Origin: Lepidodermella squamata
Taxonomy: Eukaryota; Animalia; Gastrotricha
Assembly: GCA_047495785.1 (NCBI GenBank)
Contig: JBLDXI010000033.1
Span: forward strand, 1,860,001-1,924,000
Length of the DNA: 64,000 bases
Direction of reading: 5' to 3'
Positions 32,846 to 43,904 of this stretch are shown here, piece by piece (the stretch's first letter is position 1; the number at the start of each line of letters is the position of its first letter). Both the position numbers and the translations under genes were made by a program. A model generated the notes under the pieces. That model was given only the letters and a program-made list of their open reading frames with translations, did no database searches and was not told the DNA's origin.

Positions 32846-34135
32846 TTATCGTCTTTTGCCGCCGCGCTTGAGCACACCCTTTAGACCCTGTGCTGAATCT
32901 TCCAAAGCTTGAAGTGCCAAATCTAAATCGTCGTAGGTATGACTAACAGAAATGTCGACCCTCAAACGACCGCCGTTAAACGGAACCAGGGGAGGAAGGG
33001 GGCACCCGACTTCAATGCCTCTCTGTAGTAGACGTTTATGCATCAATCTAGCGTGATTAGCAGTATCAGTCAAATTCTTGTGAAGTCTTTCGTGCTTCTC
33101 AGGATCGGCAACTGGGTGGTGGAGCAGAATGTTGATTGCCGGGTGTTCGCGGACATCGCCGATTGTGTGAAAGCCAATCGCAGTCAACGCGGAGCGGAAA
33201 TATTCAACCTTTTGGCGTAAATCTGTCAACAATTTACTGTTGATGTCCGGTTGGGCGAAATGCTGTAAAGCTTTAGAAGCATTCACAGCGATGCCAGGGC
33301 AAACTGACTGCGAGCGAGAGTAAGCTATCGATGAATATCGAACGCATGAAAGAAGTGAGCTGGACGAAGATGTAACGTAACCACAGGGAGGTTGACCGAA
33401 AGTCTGCTCAAAGCCTCCTATAATAACATCGGCCAGATCTTCGACATTGTTGTAGTTTTCCAAGCCGCGACCTTCTTTGCCCAGCAATCCTAGGTTATTC
33501 GCGTCAATTAAAACTAAACAAGCGGGGTCATACAAAGATATCAGCTTCCCGATCTCAACCAAAGGTGGCACATTGGAACCAAGCTCGAAAAAACCATCGG
33601 TGAATACGAATTTCAAGCGGCAATGAGCTGTATCAACGTTCAGCTTTCTCTCAAGATCTAGCAAATCACAGTTGTTGTATGTCAAAACGCATTTGGCTCG
33701 GCTGGCTCGAGCTGCGATAGCGCTGATTGGCCGACTAAATGCATCGATCAAAACAGCGTCATCTGCGGTGATAAGGGCAGTGAACACCGACCAAATAGCG
33801 TGGTCGAACGACTGAGTAACAATAGATTCTTGACGGCCATAAAATTGGGCAACATCATTCTCCAGATTTGATACAGCTAACCCAGGAGGACCTAAGGCAG
33901 GCTGTCGGCTGGAAGTTGATATGTTTTCTTTTGACCAGTCAGTTTTATGACTAAATCCCAAGTAGTCATTGGTGCAAAATGATAACAATGATTTAGGATT
34001 GGTAAGATGATTGATAGCATAATCTGATCGACCGCAGTCAGGAACTTTCCTTTGATTGCGCAGGACAGCAGCTGAGCTATCAAAGATTCTTTCGACATGT
34101 TCGGCCAGGCGATATAGTGGCCTAGTAACTTTCAT
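32846..34135 (-). CDS. Divergent GCAT/KBL-like alpha-oxoamine synthase family protein lacking the PLP lysine
   Basis: FCTNDYLG, DDAVLID, RLKFVFTDG, LGKEGRG, PLVP..GRLRVDIS..H follow GCAT; TLGKA is replaced by GFEQT; intact ~429-aa ORF. Confidence 0.8.
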   Translation of the reverse strand: MKVTRPLYRLAEHVERIFDSSAAVLRNQRKVPDCGRSDYAINHLTNPKSLLSFCTNDYLGFSHKTDWSKENISTSSRQPALGPPGLAVSNLENDVAQFYGRQESIVTQSFDHAIWSVFTALITADDAVLIDAFSRPISAIAARASRAKCVLTYNNCDLLDLERKLNVDTAHCRLKFVFTDGFFELGSNVPPLVEIGKLISLYDPACLVLIDANNLGLLGKEGRGLENYNNVEDLADVIIGGFEQTFGQPPCGYVTSSSSSLLSCVRYSSIAYSRSQSVCPGIAVNASKALQHFAQPDINSKLLTDLRQKVEYFRSALTAIGFHTIGDVREHPAINILLHHPVADPEKHERLHKNLTDTANHARLMHKRLLQRGIEVGCPLPPLVPFNGGRLRVDISVSHTYDDLDLALQALEDSAQGLKGVLKRGGKRR

Positions 34136-34299
34136 TTCCGCGAGCAAGTCCTACAATACCTTCAATTTCAAATTAATAATGGCTACATTATATCACAGAG
34201 AAAAGAAAATTGCGCCATTTGCCACCGGTGGCGTTAGTGTGCGAGGAGCAAGTCGTCGATAGCCGAAAGGTCGACACAAATGACATGAATAACGACCAG

Positions 34300-34530
34300 C
34301 TACTAACATGACTCACAGCTCAGGAAATGTTAGAATAAGGGGTAAACCAGCAGCAACTAACAGCAAGATTGGGATGATAACATGAGTCATCAGCGGCTTG
34401 AGTAATAGCTTGAGTAATACGCAAACTATGCCCTCGGCAGAAGACAGATGACAGATTATCAATCATATCGAAAGGCTCAGGCTAAAGATGGCGTCGGAGC
34501 TAAGCTTTGGGCTTTGGGGACGCCTCGGAT
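34300..34530. promoter_or_regulatory. Candidate promoter of the GCAT-like/GalNAcT pair
   Basis: AP-1-like TGACTCA/TGAGTCA (~34309, ~34383), tandem GCTTGAGTAATA x2, YY1-like AAGATGGCG (~34485), GGCTCA/GGCTAA motifs. Confidence 0.35.
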
Positions 34531-35325
34531 TTGAGTTCTAACTCCAGAGGTGATTCGACACATGAACTGACTGAACATCCAGCATCCTGGAAACGTAGGA
34601 ATCAGTCTGCGGTCTACTTAACCGTAAAGAATGACGGAAAAGCTGACGAAAGACGAAAAAAAACGGCGAAACGAAAACGTTGAAGCAAAATGCAGACACA
34701 CCGATGAGAGACTAAATGGAAAAAAACAAATTGTGGCGGCGGAATCTATTTAGCATTATTGCGACTATGTCTTTGCAAAATTATAGTATTTATTTTCTGT
34801 GAAAATAAAAAATGGAGAAGGCGGGTAAATTGAAATTCGTCGGCCAGCATATATTTCGACGACGAGTGCATCGAATGGGCAGCTAAAATAGATGGAGTTC
34901 CACTGGGAAGGCGCTAACCAGAGGAACAAAGTCGGACTCGGAAAGTCTTTGGGAGTGTTGTCCCGTCAATACAGGAAACTAAATGAAGTTTACTGTCCCC
35001 CTTCTAATCAGTCAATGGTCAACTTTATTGAGCTAAATTGAGCCGCAATGGTTTTCTGCTTGGGGCTGCAGTCAAATATATGAATCAAAATCCTACAATA
35101 TATATAAAAATCAATCATATATCTGTGCTTTATTTGCTTCTTTTTCTTCGATACCCTGTGATCATTTCGACAAATTGTAGATTCTGAGAATCACAATAAA
35201 ATTTCTGTATCTGTATCTGTATATTTCGACGACCTCCACCCTGCGGTTGGCGGAGTTCGTGACGGGGGGAACCTATGCGGTGTTTGGGTTCATGTGATCG
35301 GAATGATCAGACTATCTGTCTATTA

Positions 35326-36604
35326 TTTATTATTTATTTAGAAGCCGTATCGCCCAGAAGAGGGCAGCCTAGCAAGTTGAATGAAAGAGAAACATATAAT
35401 TGTAGGACAGAGTGCAGAGGTATTGGACAAATCAGATGACATTAAATATTCGAAAGTGCGATGTAATTGTATAAAGTCCAACAACAGAATCAGACACAAC
35501 AAATTGAGCAAAAATACAAAATATAATTATTGACTATGGTTGTGTGGCTTTTCGGCGTAAAAATGTGCGTAGGCAGCTTCGCGACACGCCTTTGCAGACT
35601 GCGCGTCGTGAACGACCGAGGGCATTTCATTCCACAAATGTGGGCCTCTGTAAGACAGGCTCAGTTGGCCGCGCTCGGTCGTGAAGGTCGGTTTGAGCAT
35701 TGGCTCGAGATTGCGACAGTTATAGCCGTGGCTGCGATCGTTCAGTTTGAACATCGACTTGACGTCGTCCGGCGCCACCTCGTGGAGGCTCTTCCATATG
35801 AATGTGCATAGGTGTACCGCATGTTTCTGGTTGACAGTAAGCCATCCGAGTCGATGCCGAAGAGGGGCCGGATCCGCCAAAGGATGAGCGCCGTAGATGA
35901 TTTTGATGGCTCGATCTTGGGACGATTGCAGCTTGTCGCGGGTTGATTTTGAGGCTTGCCCAAGGGTAATGTCCCCATAATTCAGGTGACTGACAACGAG
36001 ACCATTGGTCATCATGACGGCAGTTTTGCGATAAACTCCAGCATCGACAGCTTGTTTGAGAGCGAATAAGCCCTTTCGAGCCTTGCCCTTCGCCATCTCG
36101 ACGTGTTCGTCGAATAAGAGCTCATTGTCAATACGGAAGCCGAGCGTGTTCATAGATTCAGACGGCCTAATCGCAACGCCCCCGATGGTGACCGTGAAGT
36201 CGGGCGCCGTCGAAAGGTGCGGCTTGAGCAGCATAAACTGCGATTTTTTACCATTTACCGCCAGGCTGTTCTGCTTCAGCCATGCGCACAACCTGTTGAG
36301 TTCCAGTTGTAGAAGAGCCTGCAGTTCGTTGATGTTTTTCGAACCAAAGAAAATGGTAACGTCGTCAGCGTATTGAGCTATGCCGCATCGGCTCAAGATC
36401 AGTGGAGGATCGTTGACATAGATCGTGAACATAAGAGGCCCCAAGACTGATCTTTGTGGCACACCGCATACAACCGATTCGAACGGGGATATTCGCTATT
36501 GATTTTGGTGGTTTGGCGGCGGTTGCTTAAATAACTCATCATCAAGCGAATAGAGTGTTCTGTAAGGCCAGCGCATCGAAGCGACTCTAGGATACTCTCG
36601 TGAA
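35326..36604 (-). mobile_element. 5'-truncated CR1/L2-group LINE
   Basis: VPQRSVLGPLMFTIYVND, YADD, LAVNGKKSQFM, LGFRID, GPHLWN; (TAAA)n tail; candidate TSD TCTATTA at 35319-25 and 36605-11; frameshift near 36470-36500. Confidence 0.92.
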
Positions 36605-36925
36605 TCTATTAGATTCTATCTATCCATCCAAGGTCAGTCATGAGGTCAGTGAGCAATTTCGAGTTAAAAGTTACAAGAGTTAAGGGTGTATAGATAATCC
36701 GGGCAAAGATAGCAAGATAATTTGGGGGTCATTTGTTGTTCGTCATTTGTCCGGTGAAAACTGTTAAGTCACTTGAACCTGACTGAAAACTTGCCTGGCC
36801 TATATACCGAAAATAACTTGAATCCAATTGGAAGACTCAAGGTTAGTGTTAGTAGCGGCGATAAGAGTCGAGAGTCGCCAGGGCAACTGGCCGTCAAAAC
36901 AGTGATATGCAAGTATGCCAAACTA

Positions 36926-37138
36926 CCCAGACCGGCACGGGCAATTTTGGCTCATTCGAACAACTCCGAACAATTCGATTTGACCCCTTTGTTCGCCTGT
37001 TTTTGAGCATTTTCCAGCCGAACAACTCCGAACAAATCCTAAAACAGGCGAACAGGCTCAAAAACAGACGAACAAAGGGGTCAAATCGAATTGTTCGGAG
37101 TTGTTCGAATGAGCCAAAATTGCCCGTGCCGGTCTGGG
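36926..37138. mobile_element. Palindromic MITE with ~83-bp TIRs, CCCAG termini, TA flanks
   Basis: CCCAGACCGGCACGGGCAATTTTGGCTCATTCGAAC... is mirrored with one mismatch at the right end. Confidence 0.93.
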
Positions 37139-37599
37139 TAAGAGCGCAGTTGCATTGAATCATAATAATACTTAGTCGAAAGTCGAAACAGAGCGCAATC
37201 GATGCCAATTTTAGTTGTTTCAACTATGCACATGCGAGCACAACGAGCAACAACCCTTCATCGCCTCCCACTCACAGGAAACAGCAGTAAATATTCTTTA
37301 CGATCAAGTCATTTTAAAGCAACAGCTGATGATAGCACTACTCTTATTGCCTCGTTTAACGTCGAACAAGGGTATGAGACCTCGAAATTCTCCATGTTCT
37401 GATCAAGCAATGATCTTAGAGTGGCTTACGAAGCAACTTCGCGGTATTCCTCTGCGACAGAGTCCATCAAGGATGACAGATTCCCCGAAGAATAGTAGCA
37501 GAACTTTTGACTCACTATACGAGGTGCTGTTTTTGTGACATTACCTCACTCATCATTAGGTACTTGTTTTTCAATGTAAAATGGCGCTGCTTTCCTCGT

Positions 37600-37981
37600 C
37601 TGAAGATGAAATGCAAAATAAGATTATCGACACTAAATTTCAAAGGATTGGGAGCTTTAGACCTCGGAAAAACAAGGCGTCCAATTTCTCACATCTGCAC
37701 AATCGATACTGCACAATCGATTGCAAAGGCTAACGAATTTAATTCCTATTTCGCAAGCTTATCGAACGTAGGATACCAAATGCTTGGAAAACCGCTATAG
37801 CTATATAATATATTACTCTCTGTTACGGCTAAAATGAATCCGGTCTATATAACTTTGTTGTCTTCTACTACACCTTTCCTGTCCTAACTGAATCTGTCCT
37901 ACAATTATATGTTGTTTTCATTAACGTTGTCGAGCTGTCCTCTCTTGGGTTTAACAGCTTTAAAATAAATAAATAAATAAA
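37600..37981 (+). mobile_element. Short decayed CR1-like LINE remnant
   Basis: AKANEFNSYFAS motif from the EN-RT linker and a (TAAA)n tail at 37961-37981. Confidence 0.45.
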
Positions 37982-40262
37982 CGGTTTGGCACACTTTTAG
38001 ATGACCTTCTAAAGACCCCAATTCCGAACAGACATTCGTGTAACTCAGGCAAATTTTGACCAAATTACACTGGGGTCGCGCGGGCGATTCATCTGTATCA
38101 ATTCACTCAACTGCGAGTTAACTCAACTGGTCACAAGTTTACTCATGCACCCATTGTTTTTCGATATTATTTTTACTTTGTTTTCGGTCGAGGAAACAAA
38201 TAATCTAAGACATGATGCGCACCCAGGGCGTGGCAGTTGCATCTTCAACTAAAAGCTTTTAATATGTCACGTCAAATCCACCAAGCTTTTTCGACAACCC
38301 CACTGACCGCGGGGAAATTAAGTTTGAGCTACATGTCAAGCTTCATAAGATTTATTGTTAACTTGTTTTTGGATAGTCTCATATTAAAAAATAGCGCGAA
38401 AACGCCGTTTTTCTTCAATATAAGATTGGACTAAAATCTGACAGTTTTACAGGAACAGTCGCCATTAAATTAGCACCATTTCATTTTGTGACACGATCGA
38501 TTTTCCTCTGGTCAAATCTTGGCCCGCTCGGCAAGGGTATTATTGCATCAACATTGATTGAAAAAAGCGAAATAATATTAGAGCGAGGAAACGCAATATC
38601 CCAATTGACTTGAATAGCCGCTATCGATCACAGGCCGTTAATATGCTAGAGTTAAATTCGAGCCGCACACGATTCTCCGTTTTTCTACATTGGCCAGATC
38701 GTAAAAGAAATAAAACAGCGTATCCTGCTCTCGCTAAGGATACAAAATCTAGCGCGGCCGGTCACATGAGGATGCAAGAAGTATAGCCGTACTTATATGC
38801 ATCGACGCAGGGAGCAAAATTCATTAGCTCCGGCATTGGGCAGTGTAAGCAGCTCACAGGATCTAGCCGGCCGCACTCGAATTATAGCCGAGGACAGAAA
38901 GCGGCACAGTCAAGCGTGAAATGCCTTTTTTTAATTGACTTAATGGCTATGAGTCGCAGCAGGCGAGCGGCCAGATTTATTATTGCATATTCAGTGCTGT
39001 TTACTTACTAATTTTTTGTCGAACTTTCAGCACACCGATTTCCAATATATGAGTAGAACCAAGGCCACATTACCCCGCAAATCGGCAATATTAGGCGCCT
39101 TGCGCGCAACTATACTGACCATTGCTAATAAATTTCGAGGGCGCCGCTTGTGATGAGTCATGCATTTGTAGAGCCTCTCATACTATAATTTGAAAATACA
39201 TGCATATTTCTGTTTCAGCTGATTTTCGCGCTCGATCGCGTGATATTTAATATTTCACCCCACCCCGCATTTTTGAGCGGTCATTCAAACGCTCCATATG
39301 CCTGTTTGCGAGGCGAAACAGCTGGGAAGCCGTATAAAAATAGCCGCATTCGATGACGATGACCTACACATTCACCTGATTTTATCGCTGACGTTGGCGT
39401 GTTATTATCGAGCAACTTTCTGCGAAGCAAAGCGATAATATGTCCCGCCGCTATATTTTGCAATTACTTATTAATTATTCTAGTTTCCGTTTTGAAACGC
39501 CGGGAGATAGGTACGTGATATTCCATAAGATCTATTCTGGTCATCGGGGGATGCGAGGTGGTGCGTAAAATAATTACGCACACAGCGCGTTGTGAACCCC
39601 GCACTATTTTGATAGTAAGCGTTTTATAGCCCTCGTGACTCATCGATTTACGCCTCTAACTGCGGCTTTACGCTGGCGCGGCAGTGAATTTTTGCGAAAA
39701 TACGAGAGCGTCGGGCGGAGCGATAGATATCTGCAGTCAGCAGTATCACAACAAATAGTGTAATATGATTAAATATTGTGATTATTATTTACAAAAATTT
39801 ATATTGCCGATAAAAAAACAGGAACAAGCGGCACGCACACATTTTATTCGTCATGTTTGTAAAAATAACACGCCTCGCTAACATAATATTTCGGTCATCG
39901 ATGGCCGATTCACGAGCCGGGGGCGAGGCGAGCGAACTAGTCGCCGATAGACGCAGCTTGCGTAAAAAGACTCATCCTTCCTTGTTTTTTTCAAGCTGAA
40001 TAGCGATGAGTAAGAAAAATCCATAACAAAATCTCATCTCCACCCTAATTATCACCTTTAAGCTTGCCTAGTCCAGAAAACAACGATAGCCCTCGATGAA
40101 AGAGGAAGCGGATTTTTTTAATCCCTGTACATCCGCGTGCACGCCCTAAACTGTTCCACTATATCAACTAGGCCCTACGGGCTATCGCCTTCACTTTTTC
40201 GTCTTTTTTAATTTTAAATATCAACCATGTTTTCGAAGTATTTTAGATTATATGATAACGCA

Positions 40263-40924
40263 ATGAGCGGCGAGCAAGGCGCCCTCATACCACCAGTAGG
40301 GTCGAAGACTTCGATGAAGAAGAAGCCTTCGTTCTACGGCATTAGGTCTCATTTAAACAAATTCTACGAGCTTTCATTCAGTTCAGGTATATTTTATTAA
40401 AAGTCTGATTGGACTTATCTTAATTTTATGCTTTTTTCAGATGTTTCCGAACAAACCAGTCCCTCTCCTTTTCATGATACATCGAAACCTAAAACTTCAT
40501 CTTGGGTCCCCAGTAGCATGGTCAAAGGCATATGCCGGCTATGTATTCTCACAGGATCGATTGCGATTCTCGTCGGTGTATGTTTACTGATAGCTGTCTT
40601 TTCATCTCCCATCGAATCTCCTATAGTGGTAAGGAATAAATTATCTATTATTCACCTCGATTTACCACCAATTTATTTCTGCACTTTTAGAGCGGTCCGA
40701 ATTCCACAGTAGAGCGAATCGATATGGTCAAACTTCGGCATAATACCCAGCTAGAGACCCTACAGACTGTAGGCGTGTATTTACTGCTAAGCGGTTCAGT
40801 TATGCTGCTCATTTCGACCATGATAGCGATAGTTTACCTAATAGGTGTGTCATGCATGGGCGATGACAAAAATGGAGGTCCAAACGGTAAAAAGCCTTAC
40901 GTTTACGAAAGGGGCGACTACTGA
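40263..40924 (+). CDS. Neurensin-family membrane protein, exons 40263-40386, 40441-40628, 40691-40924 (~181 aa)
   Basis: FYGIRSHLNKFYE matches the neurensin GVRSYLHxFYE motif; two hydrophobic blocks; HNTQLE precedes the last TM. Confidence 0.8.
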
Positions 40925-41091
40925 ATGAATACCAGCCAGTTTCTAATTTTATTCCAAATAGTAATAGTAACATTAGAAACATGGAACAAATTAGATTTCA
41001 CAAACGACTGATTTTTGTAAAAAATCGAATTGCGAAATGTGCAATAAATAAAAGAAAAGATTGCTTCAACATTAACATTATTTTAATTGCT

Positions 41092-41824
41092 CTAATTCTC
41101 GGTTGTGGCTTCCACTTTGGCCGAAGGGTTGTTCGGCTTGATCGGATCAACAGCGACAGGTTTGGCTCGACCAACAGTGCAGTATTTTATGAAGATTCGG
41201 TACAATACCGCGAGAATGATTCCAGTAATCAATATTCCGATTCCTAACGAGGTTATACGTATAGCTGCAGTCTTCAAATTATGGTCATATTTTGGCGGTG
41301 AAACTGTATTGACATGCTGCAAAACGCCCTCTCTAATCCAATCATTCTGAAACCAAAAGGGTATAGTTCGAAAGTGTTTGAATCGTTAATTTAACTCACT
41401 GTTGGCAAAGGTTGCGGTGGCGCGAGAAATACAGCGAGTAGCAGACCGATTCCAGCGATAAGGGTCAAGGTTCCAAGAACCATGAACACAACGCAAAAGT
41501 ACTTAATGGCTAAGAGAATGGCTCTTGGAATTCGAGGCTTCTGCCGCTGCGATTTCGCACTATCAGTCACCGGTTGGCTTAATTCATCTTACAAAAAATA
41601 ATGACTGATATTCCAATGTTTCACAAATTTATAAGGATCATACCTTCAGAATCTCCTTTTTCGATAGTTCCAGCCAAATGCATGGAGGAGATCATTTGGT
41701 TGCTGAGCTTACTGATTGATGACCAACTGAGATCAGACGAGGCCTTGATTTCTTTCACCTTGCTACCACTGTTAGATAGCAAACCCATCCGTTCTTGAGT
41801 TGCGCTTTTGTCCGCCTGAGTCAT
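41092..41824 (-). CDS. Divergent neurensin-like membrane protein, exons 41824-41644, 41587-41400, 41346-41092 (~207 aa)
   Basis: Same phase-1/phase-0 three-exon structure and TM layout as the 40263 gene; paralogous to the 42728-43516 gene (WSSIS.L..Q.I.SM.L; LGTLT.I.GI). Confidence 0.7.
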
Positions 41825-42727
41825 TTTGAACGAAAGTAAGGAAATATTGTTGAAGAAATTGCGCGAATTCAAATATGCGCTGTTGCTTTTTTAGGTTGGC
41901 GAGTTCGATCGGATACGGTGGCGCGAGAATCAATCAGCGCCGCAGCGCGTCAAGGAAAAGGGTTTTTAATCAAATGAGAAACGATTTTTGCCGGGACGCA
42001 CTCTAGCGAAATTAAACCGCGCATTAATTTCACGTAGCATGCGGTTGTATATATGTTTAGCTCGACAAATTCAACCTGCTATTTCGTGAGCGAGAACACA
42101 CGGATAAAATTAGACGAGGCGGATCCAGGCGATTTCGTTGTAATGCCTTTTGCGCACCAAATCACAGTGTTTGCGCTGATGAAAAGCTATACTGAGCTTA
42201 TAAATTGCGTGGTTTGATACACAGCTGATCTCAATGAAGGCTGGAGACATTGTAGCAGTTGAACCAAAAGACATACCCAGCTTGTGAAGTAGTGACAATT
42301 TTTATTCGTTTATTTTAACAACTTGAGAAAAATACGGGCGGGTCAACTTCCAATTAATTTATATAGAAACATTTTCGCACCGCAAGTTGACAGTAAATAT
42401 TTAAATTCGAAAATCTTTTTGGTTTGCTAATTGAAGCAAATCAGATTATAAGAGCCATTAATTTTCCGCAGAGCCAGAAGTAAAAAAACATTTTGGTAAC
42501 ATAGAAATCTCTGATATTGGAAACTATGATATATCAGCCATTCTTAAGTACACATTTCTATCAAATGTTGATCGGATTCTCTGGTTGAAGGAGTCATGTA
42601 CCTTCTCGCCTGCCTGTGTATCGTGCTTTGCTCTTTGCATGGGTAGGTGTCTATGTCAAAGCCAATCGAAGTGTGTTGGAGAGGCGATGATCAAAAGCTA
42701 TCGAATCGGATGTACCCACAGCAGGCG

Positions 42728-43516
42728 CTAAAGGGTGTAAACGTGGCCTGCCGTATCGCCAGCGGTCGGTAGCTCTGATATTCCTCCTCTCCTCACACTG
42801 AGTGCGGCGGCCAAATTCTTCGGAATGGACAAGCCCAACTCTTTCCTCTCAATGATCGGATGAACGCTTGCAGATGGACCCAGGTTGCAATGCTTTTGCG
42901 CTGAGTGACAAATGAGCGCTAATATTACGCCGCCGAAGAATGTAACAGCGCCAAGAGTTATCACATGAAGGGAGGCTGTTCTCATGTTTTCGTAGTAGTT
43001 CGGAAGTACCTTGTTTGAACCAATTTGTTCAGACGCCTACATGTTCAGAGAAAGAAATGACTGATAATAGTAGCGGCTATGAATATGTCACCTTCTGAGG
43101 GGGTTGCGACGACGCAAGGAGAACAGCAATAATGACAACAATTCCAGAAATAATTGTCAATGTTCCGAGAATCAAACAGGCAATAACGAGAATTTTCAGG
43201 GTACTGAGAAAAGTTTTCTGGATGAAGCAAGACCGCTGATTGGCTGCAGAGGTCATGCTGATGAGTGAAGGGTCATTTGATTCATCTAACACATTATTAA
43301 AAAATATGCTTAAATTTAACAATGAAACAGACCATCAGAATGAAGGCTTTGAATATCACACATGAGCTGCATTGAAGCAATATTTTGGCTGATTAGCTGA
43401 CTAATTGACGACCAGTTGATACCAGAGGACGAATTCTTAATTTCAGCTTTCCCACCTGCATCATTTGGGACCAGGCTAATTCGAACATTAACGATGCTTT
43501 TTCCAAATGCAGACAT
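42728..43516 (-). CDS. Divergent neurensin-like membrane protein, exons 43516-43333, 43285-43092, 43036-42728 (~228 aa)
   Basis: Same exon phases; shared motifs with the 41824 gene (WSSISQL, N.RTA.....TLG). Confidence 0.7.
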
Positions 43517-43904
43517 ATTTATTCGGTGCTCGTTTTGATCTTTAAGGTCGTTTGATCACTTAAAAACAAAATTTGAAGATGCGCTTTTACCGCACATTAA
43601 TTTATTTCTTTGTCATCTTTACATATATGCATGGGCTCTCGAGATTTCTGGCGAAACGATTACACAGAAAGCAATGATAATTCTTTACACGCGCCGACGT
43701 GAAAAAGCGTGAGATTTTATGCGAAAATTGATCTAAAATACCAAAATTTAACTAGAGATGTTTTGTCTGACTGTCAGTGTCATGAGAATTAGGATTACCG
43801 ATAAGAAGGTTCAATTACCTTACTTCACCCGTAATCTTATTTTTCATGATAATTCCGAACATTAGAAAATTCTACCGCTGATTAAGTTATTTTCACGCAG
43901 GAAA

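Noticed and set aside
32788-32877. Apparent overlap of the GalNAcT ORF with the upstream gene
   Set aside because: The ORF track used a non-ATG start; the first ATG is at 32787, after the acceptor
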